DNA of 62,879 bases, filler included. It is 5 parts of 5 records of this genome, joined end to end, with 100 filler letters (N's around TTAATTAATTAA, not from the genome) between each part and the next. Parts side by side here need not be neighbours in the genome. Positions count along the whole stretch, not along the records: positions 7,417 to 16,451 come from SRR31156797_7733; positions 16,552 to 45,859 come from SRR31156797_7734; 3 more parts are not named here. One strand, written 5' to 3'. Both the position numbers and the translations under genes were made by a program. This document shows positions 9,153 to 18,634 of the stretch, piece after piece. Every line of letters begins with the position of its first letter. Position 1 is the stretch's first letter. The notes beneath the pieces are model-generated. The model had not been told where the DNA came from and made no database searches. It was given only the letters and a program-made list of their open reading frames with translations.

Positions 9153-11267
9153 TCACTCCGATCTGCCATTGATGCTTTCCCCTTGAAATGAACGCTCCTC
9201 CATCACAGCCGTATTTGTCATTTTCTGAACATCCAGGATCAGGGCAACGGTTCCATCGGCCAGAATCGTAGCGCCGGAAAACTCGGCCGCATCTTTATAA
9301 ACCCCGCCCAGCGTTTTGATCACCGTTTGATGCTCCCCCAGAACGTTATCCACCACAAAACCGATCCGATGGCCGTCAACTCCGGCAATGACAATGTGCT
9401 GGATCATGGGCGGCGCCCCATCAATCCGGAACAGTTGCCGAAGAAGGATGTACGGCACAATTTCGCCGCGCACATTGATCATATTTCTACCTTTGGCCCT
9501 TTCCATGTTTTCACTGCTCAATTCCACACACTCCTCCACGGTGGAAAGCGGCAGCACATAGTAGTCGTCCCCGATTTTAACCAGGAGCCCGTCGATAATG
9601 GCAAGGGTCAAAGGGAGTTTCAGGGTGATGGTCGTTCCCCGACCCTTTTCGCTGACAATAACGATGGCGCCCCGAAGGGCTTCGATACTCCGTTTGACCA
9701 CGTCCATTCCCACACCACGACCGGATACGTCGGTTATCTTTTTGGCTGTTGAAAAACCCGGGGCCAGGATCAGTAAAAATATTTCCTCGTCCGTCATTTC
9801 CGCATCGCTCGCGATCAAGCCCTTGTCCACAGCCTTGGCGCGAATCGCCTCCGGGTCGAGACCCGCGCCGTCATCGGCGATCTTTATCAGCACATTGGCC
9901 CCGGAATGTATGGCGGACAGATGTATGGTTCCCTGTTTTGGTTTTCCAAGGGACTTCCTGATCGCCGGCGGTTCTATTCCGTGGTCTATGCTGTTCCGTA
10001 TGATGTGCACCATGGGGTCGTTGAGACGTTCGATAACGGTCTTGTCCAGTTCGGTTTCCTCCCCTTCCGTGGTCAAGGCCACCTCCTTTCCCAAATCACC
10101 GGAAAGATCACGAACCAGGCGTTTAAATTTGCTGAAGGTCGTTCCGATGGGGAGCATGCGGATGCTCATGGTGTTATCGCGAAGATCAGAGGTCAAACGT
10201 TCCACCTCCTCGGCTATGGAGAGCAGTTCGGCGTCATCCGCCAAACCGGCCTTCTGACCCAGGCTGGCCTGGACGGTTACCAGTTCGCCCACCAGGTCAA
10301 CGAGGGTGTCCAGCTTTTCCGCCGCCACCCGGATGCTCAATGCCGCAGCCTTTTCCCGACGTTGTCTGCGCTTGTCCTCCATGTGATGCTGTTCCAGCAA
10401 AGCCGCGTCCACGGCCCCGGGATCAACCGCCTGCGCTTCAACCAACAGTTCTCCCACCCGTTTCTGGGAAGCCAGCGTTTCTTGAAGCGCTTCCCGTTTG
10501 ATATCACCCCTTTCAACCAGAATTTCCCCAAGTTTCTTGTGGTCTTCAATCCCTTCCACTCCCTCCTCATCAATGAGCTTAATGTCGAGCTCACACTCAT
10601 CTTCCACAAAGATGAAAACATCTCTTACGGCATTCATATCCCGCTTCGTGGTGAGGATAATATGCCAGATGAAGTAGCATGCGCATGCATTGAGATCTTT
10701 CAAAAGGGGAAGATTCTTTGTGAGCGCAATGACCTTGCACTTGCCCAAGTCTCGAAGCTCATCCAATAGGAGAAGTGGATTGGCGCCGGATGACAAAATC
10801 TCGTGATCCGGGGTGAAACGGATCGAATAGGTGACTTCCTTCTGTTCCATCCGGGAAGGGACATCGGCAGGGTCCGGAGAGGCCGCCTCATGGGTCGGAT
10901 CGGTGACCGGAATCATGCCGATGAACGAATCTGTAATTTCCCGCACCTCGGCCTCTTCCACAGGCTCCCCATCAACCATTTTCCGGATCTGGTCGCATGC
11001 CGAAAGAGTCAAGTCCACAAGCTTTTTGGCGACGCGGATCTTTCCTTCCCGCACCATGTCAAAAACCGACTCCACCTGGTGCGTAAACGCGGCCACATCG
11101 TCAAAACCAAACATGGCCCCTGAGCCTTTGATGGTGTGCATGGCACGAAAAACACCGCCGATGAGGCCTTTGTCATCCGGCCTCTCCTCCAGCTCAAGCA
11201 ATGACGATTCCAGCTCGACAAGGAGTTCACGGGCTTCCTGTTTATAAGTCTCTCTGTGTACATCCAT
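9153..11267 (-). CDS. cheA: Chemotaxis histidine kinase CheA
   Basis: Hpt FRAMHTIKG, dimerisation LDTLVDLVGELV, HIIRNSIDHG, SGRGVGMDVV, LPLTLAII, C-terminal CheW domain. Confidence 0.97.
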   Translation of the reverse strand: MDVHRETYKQEARELLVELESSLLELEERPDDKGLIGGVFRAMHTIKGSGAMFGFDDVAAFTHQVESVFDMVREGKIRVAKKLVDLTLSACDQIRKMVDGEPVEEAEVREITDSFIGMIPVTDPTHEAASPDPADVPSRMEQKEVTYSIRFTPDHEILSSGANPLLLLDELRDLGKCKVIALTKNLPLLKDLNACACYFIWHIILTTKRDMNAVRDVFIFVEDECELDIKLIDEEGVEGIEDHKKLGEILVERGDIKREALQETLASQKRVGELLVEAQAVDPGAVDAALLEQHHMEDKRRQRREKAAALSIRVAAEKLDTLVDLVGELVTVQASLGQKAGLADDAELLSIAEEVERLTSDLRDNTMSIRMLPIGTTFSKFKRLVRDLSGDLGKEVALTTEGEETELDKTVIERLNDPMVHIIRNSIDHGIEPPAIRKSLGKPKQGTIHLSAIHSGANVLIKIADDGAGLDPEAIRAKAVDKGLIASDAEMTDEEIFLLILAPGFSTAKKITDVSGRGVGMDVVKRSIEALRGAIVIVSEKGRGTTITLKLPLTLAIIDGLLVKIGDDYYVLPLSTVEECVELSSENMERAKGRNMINVRGEIVPYILLRQLFRIDGAPPMIQHIVIAGVDGHRIGFVVDNVLGEHQTVIKTLGGVYKDAAEFSGATILADGTVALILDVQKMTNTAVMEERSFQGESINGRSE

Positions 11268-11303
11268 TATATTCTGGCTCCAATGGCAAAATACCCAAAT
11301 GCC

Positions 11304-11669
11304 CTATCCCAAAACCTTCTTTACCACAGCCGCCAACTGCTCCGGCTTGAAGGGCTTAACAATCCATCCGGTGGCCCCGGCCGCTTTCCCCGCCTGTTTT
11401 TTTGAGGTCTCCGATTCGGTGGTCAACATGATAATCGGCATAAACTTGAAATTGGGCAGGCTTCGAACTTCCCTGATCAGTTCCAAGCCGTCCATGTTGG
11501 GCATATTAAGATCGGTCATCAACATATTCACCGACGCACCTTTGAGCTTGTTAAGGGCATCAACACCATCCACCGCTTCCACAACCTCGTAGCCCGCCTG
11601 TTTGAGTGTAAAACTCACCATCTGCCGCATGCTCGCTGAGTCATCCGCTGTCATGATGACATAAGACAT
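11304..11669 (-). CDS. cheY: Single-domain response regulator CheY
   Basis: DDSASMR, TDLNMP, LTTES and WIVKPF motifs; directly upstream of cheA. Confidence 0.92.
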   Translation of the reverse strand: MSYVIMTADDSASMRQMVSFTLKQAGYEVVEAVDGVDALNKLKGASVNMLMTDLNMPNMDGLELIREVRSLPNFKFMPIIMLTTESETSKKQAGKAAGATGWIVKPFKPEQLAAVVKKVLG

Positions 11670-11745
11670 CTTTTTCTCCTCATTATGATCAAAATAGATA
11701 TTTTAATCTGCCGGGGTTAATCTTCTATTCATTTCCCACGTCATT

Positions 11746-12066
11746 TTAAGTGTTTGTCGGGTTCAGGACCTTTTCGGCCTCCAGCCCCGTCCGGACCAAC
11801 GCCTCAATGACGGGGGCGGAAGCCTTTAAAACGGAAAACGGCTTATTTTCTTCAATTCCGGTTTTACCCGCGGAACAGAGGAGTTGCACGCCGGTGATGT
11901 CGCACTCATGGACGTCATCAAGGTCAAGAAATAACCCGTCGTAAGCACCGAAACATTCGACCATTTCATCGCGGAGGGTTTCCCCTTCATAGATGGACAT
12001 GGATCCCTCCACAATCAATAGGACCTTTCCGTCCTTTTCTTCTCTTTTAAACTTAATCGTCATCAT
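11746..12066 (-). CDS. STAS-domain protein
   Basis: EGSMSIYE...LDLDDVHECDITGVQLL pattern; STAS-CheY-CheA arrangement. Confidence 0.85.
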   Translation of the reverse strand: MMTIKFKREEKDGKVLLIVEGSMSIYEGETLRDEMVECFGAYDGLFLDLDDVHECDITGVQLLCSAGKTGIEENKPFSVLKASAPVIEALVRTGLEAEKVLNPTNT

Positions 12067-12132
12067 CTTTCCTCATTTTTACTAAGGATTTTTTAATATT
12101 TACAGCAATCGATGGTCACTCATGGTGCCCAT

Positions 12133-14361
12133 CTAAAACAACTCTATGTTGTCTCCAAAGTCATCTTCGCCGTCCTTTTTGCGGGCATCGGAAGCACCTG
12201 CTTCGGCTTGGTTGTTCTCCGGTTGCAACTTTGCATCCGGAATTGTCGAAAAGTCGTCAAATAGTTCAATATTATCATTGGATGAATCTTCCTGAAGCGG
12301 CGGCGCTTCCAAAAAAAGTTCAATATTGTCGCCCGGATCTTCGTCTCCGGCTTCCTCTGTGGACTTGTCAGGCAAAGCGTCAAACAGTTCAACATCACCT
12401 TCCGATACCCCATCATGCTCCTTCTCAAGATTTTCCTCATCCCGCCCTGCTTCATGGGAAATTTCTTCCGGATCTTCATGGAAAAATACGGCATCTTCCG
12501 TTGATGTTTCAGCATCTGTCATGTCTCCACCCACGGAAGAGAGAACGCCGCCCATCATTTTCTCATGTATTTCGAGCTCTTCCGACGTGGTGTACCGTTG
12601 GACCAGGTTATCGATGTCTCTCTGAGTCAAATTTTCCGTTTCAACGGCAAAGGGTTGCCATTCCCCCATGACGGCTTCCATCCGTTTGAGCTGCACCGTC
12701 AGCTCATCGGCCAATTCAGGGAGAAAAGTGAGACCGCTCATGACACTTGAAATTTCCTTTTTGAGGCGTCCTGATCGCTCTCGCACATCCAAAGCGTTTT
12801 CGGTGAACCTTGCATACCCTGATGTTATCTCCACAAAACCGGTGTCCAACAGCGCCTTGGCCTCTCCCTCCCCCATCAGATTTCCTTTTCCATGAGTGTC
12901 CTCATTCTGAAGCGCCCGGGCCGAGACATTGAGCAACGTTAAGTTTTTTTCCACATCGGAGGCAAACAGGGTTGATCGATCCGACAGTCTTTTCACTTCC
13001 TGTGCAAGCACTTCAAAGACCCACCCCTCTTCGCCCAGATGGGCCGCCTTAATAATGGCGTTTAACGCCATCATGTGGGTTTCAAGACTGATGCCATGAA
13101 CCTCTTTTGTGTGGTAGGAGACTTTTTCCGCCACATGGGAGGCATGGGAGGCTGCCCCCTCCATCTCCTCAATAAGGCCGCGTCCGTCTCCTAAAAGAGA
13201 GTCCAGGGATACCAGAGATTTTTTCAAAAATTCTACGGGGTCCGGAACATCGCCCTCACATTCAATTGTTCCACCCACATCCGCAGCATCCAATGCAGAA
13301 AGCCGGCTCCCGAACCCTTCCACATGAACCAGAATCTCATCAAATGCCTGAATAATAATCTTATAAATATCTTTTATTTCGGAGATTATCTGATTCAACT
13401 GGGCCGCCTGGAGCGCTAAAACAGGGGCGACTTCAGCCGATTTTTCCGATGTTATTTCCTTCTTTTCATCGCCGGGTGCCCCCTCTTTGGAAAGGCTCTG
13501 AACGGCATCAAGACCTTCAACAATATGCGCCACCCTCTGGCGCATATTGTCATGGAATTGAATCGCCATGACAATATCGCCCACCCGTTGTGAAATTTCA
13601 TTTGAGTGTTTGCCGGCCTTGTCCATGGCTTCAAAAAAAACGCCGGTGAGATCCTCCACCTGGCGCACCGCGCCTTGTACGGTAACCCCGGCATCTGCGG
13701 CCAACGTTTCAAGCCGGACCAGCCCTGAGGATATTTGAGCGCAGGTTGATCGTTGGGTTGCCATGGCCGATTTTGCGTTCTCAAGTATGGCTTGTCCTAT
13801 TCCGGCAATTCTTTCTGATAGTTTCCTGATATCGCTCGAAAAGTCAGTAAATTTTTCATGGGCCTGTTCTGAGCTGGCGCCTTCAATTCCGATATTCAGG
13901 CCCACCACCCCGAGGGACAGGGAAATCTTATCAAGCACCGAACAGATGGAAAAAAGCCCCTCAAGTTGTTTCACAACCGCCTTGGCGTTCTCCAGGTCAG
14001 CAACGACCCTGGCCTGCCGCCCTTCCAGCTCATGGAGTGCGTTTCTGCTAACACCTTTGACTTTTACAAGGACACTTTCGTCGCCGTCTCCCCCCACCAG
14101 CTTGACGGCATCCAGCGTTTGTTGTGCAAGCCCCGTAGCCTCAAAATAGAACGCCTGCAATTTTTCGCCGATCTCCAAGAATCTGGGCTCGGCATCTCTA
14201 CAAATTGTGTCTAAGGTCGCTGCAACGTCGGACAAACCACCAAGAGTCTCGACATCCGGTATATGGGATGGCAAGCTGTCAGGACCCTTTTGTTTTCCCT
14301 TAAACAGAGTACAGGGTTTAAGTCCTATTTTTTTCAGCCGGTGTATGAGATGGTTCAACAA
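12133..14361 (-). CDS. Cytoplasmic MCP-like chemotaxis protein with an acidic, repetitive C-terminal tail
   Basis: MCP hairpin-like ALNAIIKAAHLGEEGWVFEVLAQEVKRLS plus a degenerate N-terminal copy; central QFHDNMRQR; no TM segment; AAGGAG RBS before TTG. Confidence 0.75.
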   Translation of the reverse strand: MLNHLIHRLKKIGLKPCTLFKGKQKGPDSLPSHIPDVETLGGLSDVAATLDTICRDAEPRFLEIGEKLQAFYFEATGLAQQTLDAVKLVGGDGDESVLVKVKGVSRNALHELEGRQARVVADLENAKAVVKQLEGLFSICSVLDKISLSLGVVGLNIGIEGASSEQAHEKFTDFSSDIRKLSERIAGIGQAILENAKSAMATQRSTCAQISSGLVRLETLAADAGVTVQGAVRQVEDLTGVFFEAMDKAGKHSNEISQRVGDIVMAIQFHDNMRQRVAHIVEGLDAVQSLSKEGAPGDEKKEITSEKSAEVAPVLALQAAQLNQIISEIKDIYKIIIQAFDEILVHVEGFGSRLSALDAADVGGTIECEGDVPDPVEFLKKSLVSLDSLLGDGRGLIEEMEGAASHASHVAEKVSYHTKEVHGISLETHMMALNAIIKAAHLGEEGWVFEVLAQEVKRLSDRSTLFASDVEKNLTLLNVSARALQNEDTHGKGNLMGEGEAKALLDTGFVEITSGYARFTENALDVRERSGRLKKEISSVMSGLTFLPELADELTVQLKRMEAVMGEWQPFAVETENLTQRDIDNLVQRYTTSEELEIHEKMMGGVLSSVGGDMTDAETSTEDAVFFHEDPEEISHEAGRDEENLEKEHDGVSEGDVELFDALPDKSTEEAGDEDPGDNIELFLEAPPLQEDSSNDNIELFDDFSTIPDAKLQPENNQAEAGASDARKKDGEDDFGDNIELF

Positions 14362-14396
14362 CTGATCTCCTTAATTATCGAAATGGCGCCTTAACA

Positions 14397-14813
14397 CTAT
14401 CGGTCCGTCAGGTTGGCAAAGACCGCAGCCACATCGGCCAAATCGCCGTCATCATGGCTGATGTAACGCGGGCCAAGCGTGTGTACCCGGCGGAACATTT
14501 GCGGATCCTTGCCGGTCAGGACGACGATGGCCGGTATCCCCTCGAAAAGATCCCTCACACATATGAGCGCTTCGAGGGTATCCGGCCGGTCGATAACCAA
14601 AATAAGGACTGCCGGAGCAGCTTGAATCCGGTGAAAACGAGTGATGAGCTGCGTCACGCTGTCACAAAACTCGATCTCTTCAACCCTCGGCTTCAATGCC
14701 GCAATGAACCGCGTACGCAACCCGTTGGCAGGTTGCAGCGACCCGCCCGCACAACTTTTGACGGTGGACACGTCAGGCAGGGCATCAGCACCGCAAAAAA
14801 CCAATACGCTCAT
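14397..14813 (-). CDS. Hypothetical protein, possibly a degenerate receiver-like fold
   Basis: Alternating beta/alpha pattern (VLILVID, IPAIVVL, LGPRYIS); first gene after the sigma54-like promoter; ATG 14813 preferred to the track start at 14843. Confidence 0.55.
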   Translation of the reverse strand: MSVLVFCGADALPDVSTVKSCAGGSLQPANGLRTRFIAALKPRVEEIEFCDSVTQLITRFHRIQAAPAVLILVIDRPDTLEALICVRDLFEGIPAIVVLTGKDPQMFRRVHTLGPRYISHDDGDLADVAAVFANLTDR

Positions 14814-14867
14814 ACAGCCTCCCGTTTTTACCACGAACCCCAATGGTTCCCGTGCGAGACAGTTTAC

Positions 14868-14882
14868 TCAAATTCCGTGCCA
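14868..14882 (-). promoter_or_regulatory. sigma54 (-24/-12) promoter of the che operon
   Basis: Minus strand TGGCACGGAATTTGA versus consensus TGGCACGNNNNTTGC (one mismatch at -12). Confidence 0.65.
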
Positions 14883-14981
14883 CAATTTACCAACACGGTT
14901 ATTTTAACAAAAAGTCTCACATATCCAATGAGTTGTTCAAATAAAGGCAGTTGCGGAGAATTGACGAACCTGGGAAAAGAT

Positions 14982-14997
14982 GTCGCAGGGATGCGAC
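14982..14997. promoter_or_regulatory. Candidate upstream activator sequence
   Basis: Perfect palindrome GTCGCA-GGGA-TGCGAC 100 bp upstream of the -24 element. Confidence 0.45.
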
Positions 14998-15089
14998 TGG
15001 ATCTCATTTAGGGGAATGACGGCAGGTGTTTTTCAGGCATTGGGAATCGGATAATACGCGTGAGGGATGATTCTTTCCGAATACGTCGA

Positions 15090-16451
15090 TCAAAGCGTAA
15101 TGTTGTGCTTTTTAAGCAATCGGTATACCTGGGATCTTGAAAGGCCTGACAGGCGGCAGATCTCCGGTATTTCCCCGCCGACGGCAGCAGCCACATCCTC
15201 GAGATATTTCTTCTCGGCGGTTTGCATGTATTTGGAGTGACTTGCCATGGGGTCCGTTGGCAGGGTGGCGTTGGTCGAGCCTTGCAGTACCGAATCTCGC
15301 GCAAGTTCCGAGCGGATATGCAGGGGCAGGTGAATGGGATGCAAAATGGGCTCGGTTTTCGCGTGGATCACGGCCGCTTCAACGGCCGCGACCAGTTCCC
15401 GCACATTGCCGGGCCATGTGTAGTGAACCAGGGCCTCAAGGAATTCGGGATAAAACCCCTTAACCGAAATTCCGAAGCGACGGCAGTATTTTTCAACGGT
15501 GCGCATGGCGATGATTTGGATATCGCCACGCCGATCTCTCAGGGGTGGAAGCGCAATTGCGAGTCCTCGAAGGCGAAACAGGAGGTCTTCCCTGAAGGCC
15601 CCCTCATTTACCATACCATCAATATCCCGATGGGTAGCGCAAATCAGACGAAAATCGATGGCCTCTTCACGACTGCCTCCCACGGAACGAACCCGTCGCT
15701 CCTGCAGGACCCGCAGGAACCTTTTCTGATTCGAGGACGACAACTCCCCCAATTCATCCAGGAACACGGTTCCACCGTCAGCCTCCCGAATCAATCCATC
15801 CCGCGATCTCGTTGCGCCGGTAAACGCCCCCTTTTCGTGGCCGAACAACACACTTTCCACCAGGGACTCGGGCAGGGCGGTACAATCCACCACCACAAAG
15901 AGTCCTTTTGCCCTGACACTGTTTTCATGGATGGCTCTGGCAAAAAGCTCCTTGCCCGTTCCGCTCTCTCCGGAAATCAGCACATTGGCATGGCTGCCGG
16001 CCGCCTCGGCCGCCGCCGCCAGGCAGTCGGACAGTTCCGGGCTGTCCCCGATGATCTTTTCATGCCTGAAACGCCCGGGGGCTGGACCGGACGTCCTAGC
16101 CTGCCGAATTTCAATGGCGTGTTTCAGCGGCAGAGTAATCATGTCGGGCGTAACCGGCTTTTCGATATAGTCCCACGCCCCGCTACGGATGGCCTGGGCC
16201 GCGCCGTCGGAGCTCCCTTCACCCGTCAGGATGATCACCTCCGGGGATGACGGCATCTTCCTGAACTCGGGCACGGCCTCCAGTCCGCTGCCGTCGGGCA
16301 GGCGCACATCCAGAAAGATGACGTCCCGGGGGCCTGATCCTGCCTTTTCCATCCCCTTTTTCAGCGTCAGCGCGTAAGTCGCTTCATATCCCATGGACGT
16401 GATGATCTCCGCCATAAACTCGCACACGCCCGGGTCATCATCGACGATCAG
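15090..16451 (-). CDS. NtrC-family sigma54-dependent response regulator (5' partial)
   Basis: Frame open to the gap (LIVDDDPG...); REC, GESGTGKE, GAFTGA, FLDE, WPGNVREL, C-terminal HTH. Confidence 0.95.
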   Translation of the reverse strand: MIVDDDPGVCEFMAEIITSMGYEATYALTLKKGMEKAGSGPRDVIFLDVRLPDGSGLEAVPEFRKMPSSPEVIILTGEGSSDGAAQAIRSGAWDYIEKPVTPDMITLPLKHAIEIRQARTSGPAPGRFRHEKIIGDSPELSDCLAAAAEAAGSHANVLISGESGTGKELFARAIHENSVRAKGLFVVVDCTALPESLVESVLFGHEKGAFTGATRSRDGLIREADGGTVFLDELGELSSSNQKRFLRVLQERRVRSVGGSREEAIDFRLICATHRDIDGMVNEGAFREDLLFRLRGLAIALPPLRDRRGDIQIIAMRTVEKYCRRFGISVKGFYPEFLEALVHYTWPGNVRELVAAVEAAVIHAKTEPILHPIHLPLHIRSELARDSVLQGSTNATLPTDPMASHSKYMQTAEKKYLEDVAAAVGGEIPEICRLSGLSRSQVYRLLKKHNITL

Positions 16452-16551
16452 NNNNNNNNNNNNNNNNNNNNNNNNNNNNNNNNNNNNNNNNNNNNTTAAT
16501 TAATTAANNNNNNNNNNNNNNNNNNNNNNNNNNNNNNNNNNNNNNNNNNNN
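16452..16551. other. Artificial contig spacer
   Basis: N-run with TTAATTAATTAA; sharp GC drop across it. Confidence 0.98.
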
Positions 16552-16731
16552 TGCAAACTCTCTTGCTTGGAAGTTTATCTCATCAAAACCACTTTTTTTG
16601 CTATCTATTTCATCTAAAACAGTCTCGGGGATCACTATAATATTGGTTGAGTTGTCTGAGAGTTTAAAAAGGTTTGTTGCATCTTGAAGAATGATATTAG
16701 TATCTATGACATAGCAATTGTGATAATCCAT
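16552..16731 (-). CDS. PIN-domain protein, probably PIN-PhoH (3' partial)
   Basis: YVIDTNIIL...IVIPETVLDEIDSKK matches the PIN N-terminus of PhoH2-type proteins. Confidence 0.75.
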
Positions 16732-18032
16732 TATTTACTTCCTCTTAATTGATAAGTGATATCTCCAGCCCCTACACCTAAGATAATTCCACTATTTATA
16801 GTTCTAGATACTTGATTATTATTTATAAGCTCTATCATACCATTATGTGCTTTTATTTTATCAGCTAAAGTTGTATTGTAGTTTGCAAACTCTTTTGTAA
16901 AGTCTATGTGTTTAAACTCTTCATTTACCGACCAAACAGGAAGAATAATAAGCTCATCACACCCTTCAAAACATCTTTTAAAATATTCCATATTATCAAG
17001 CGTTCTACTAAATTTATGGGGTTGCCAAACGACAATTACTTTATCAATTCCTATTTGTTTTTTATATACTTGAACTGATTTTAGTGTAGCAATGATCTCT
17101 GTAGGGTGATGGGCATAATCATCTATCAATACAAACTCTGAATGTTTTTGAACAATATCAAAACGTTTTTTGATCCCTTTATAGTTTTTAAGATTTTCTC
17201 GAATTTCATTAAACTCCATTGATAAAGATGCTGCTAAGATCGCACATGAAGCATCAATCGCAATATGAATTCCAAAGCCCCATACTTCAAACTCTCCATA
17301 ATCTTTTAAAGAAAACTTTGTGTAAGGCTCTCCATCTTTTAAAATAAACTCTACATGTTTAATATCTTTTGATGGAAATAGTTTGATGGCATACCCTTTA
17401 TAGTTTGCTAAGAAGGGATCTTCTGCATTGATGATACGGAGCTTTGCAATATCCAAAAACTTTGTATACGCATCATAAAATCTTTTTTCATCGTAATTAT
17501 AGTATTCCATATGTTCTGGTTCACAATTAAGCACAATTGAACAATATGGATGTGAGAGAATAAAACTTTCATCACTTTCATCTGCTTCAAAAGTTAAAAC
17601 CTCATCAATATATCGAAAATTTGAATCAAACTCTTTACTTATTGCTCCTATGATCGCCGAGCTTTGTAGGATTGAACTTAAAATTGCTGTAGTGGTACTT
17701 TTTCCATGGGCGGCACAGACACAATAGTTTGTGGTCTTTTGCATGATGATACTTAAAGCTTCTTTTCTTGGAAGAAGTAAAAGCTCTTGTTTTTTTGCTT
17801 CAATCACTTCTACATTATGGTTTTGAACAGCAGCACTATAGATCACTAAGTCTTGTCCATCGATAGCACTTGCATCTTGAGGAATATTTACTGTAATTCC
17901 CTCTTTGATAAGTTCCTCTGTAATTGGTGTAGATTTTATATCTGAGCCACTTACTTTATAGCCTCTATATTGTAAAAATCTTGCTAATGCAGAAAGACCT
18001 ATCCCTCCAATTCCTATAAAATGTACTCTCAT
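16731..18032 (-). CDS. murC: UDP-N-acetylmuramate--L-alanine ligase
   Basis: HFIGIGGIGLS, HGKSTTT, EADESD, DDYAHHPTEI, QPHK. Confidence 0.97.
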   Translation of the reverse strand: MRVHFIGIGGIGLSALARFLQYRGYKVSGSDIKSTPITEELIKEGITVNIPQDASAIDGQDLVIYSAAVQNHNVEVIEAKKQELLLLPRKEALSIIMQKTTNYCVCAAHGKSTTTAILSSILQSSAIIGAISKEFDSNFRYIDEVLTFEADESDESFILSHPYCSIVLNCEPEHMEYYNYDEKRFYDAYTKFLDIAKLRIINAEDPFLANYKGYAIKLFPSKDIKHVEFILKDGEPYTKFSLKDYGEFEVWGFGIHIAIDASCAILAASLSMEFNEIRENLKNYKGIKKRFDIVQKHSEFVLIDDYAHHPTEIIATLKSVQVYKKQIGIDKVIVVWQPHKFSRTLDNMEYFKRCFEGCDELIILPVWSVNEEFKHIDFTKEFANYNTTLADKIKAHNGMIELINNNQVSRTINSGIILGVGAGDITYQLRGSK

Positions 18033-18634
18033 CCGTCTATTAAATGCTTCAATTTTTGGTATTCTTCTTTTATAGTCTCACTATGTTTATTGAGATACTC
18101 CTCTTTATCATATGAGAAGTTTGTGATAAAATATCCATATTTTTCATCATCTAGTTGGTTTTCATCAATAATTGCATCGTTATAAAATGTATCGATATCA
18201 TTTTGTTTTGATGTAGCGATCATATGTATTGTAATTGCCTCTTGAAGTTTTTTATCTTCAATGATCTGGGTCAATATAAAAAATAACTCTTTTGCACCAT
18301 CAAAATTTTCAACACTCCACTTTTCAATAGCATGTTCATAAAAACTTCGGATGAAAAAGAGATCTTCTCCATCAAGTCCTAGTTTTGCTCCATTAGCTAA
18401 TCTGGTTTCTATCTTATCAAATGCGATTTTTAATATCTCTTGATAAACGCTGTGGATTCTATTCTCATCAAGATTTAAAACAAGTAGAGTATCAAGTACT
18501 TGATAAAGTTCTGCTATATTCTCTTCAGCTCTTGCTTTTTCCTCTTGTTCACTTAAAAACTTTAAAAACTCAGGATTTGTCCTAGCTTCATTCATATCAT
18601 TTTCAGTCAAGATAATCTTCTCCTTTATCATCAC
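18029..18634 (-). CDS. Hypothetical acidic helical protein
   Basis: 201-aa ORF overlapping both neighbours in the operon; no recognised motif. Confidence 0.75.
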   Translation of the reverse strand: MMIKEKIILTENDMNEARTNPEFLKFLSEQEEKARAEENIAELYQVLDTLLVLNLDENRIHSVYQEILKIAFDKIETRLANGAKLGLDGEDLFFIRSFYEHAIEKWSVENFDGAKELFFILTQIIEDKKLQEAITIHMIATSKQNDIDTFYNDAIIDENQLDDEKYGYFITNFSYDKEEYLNKHSETIKEEYQKLKHLIDG

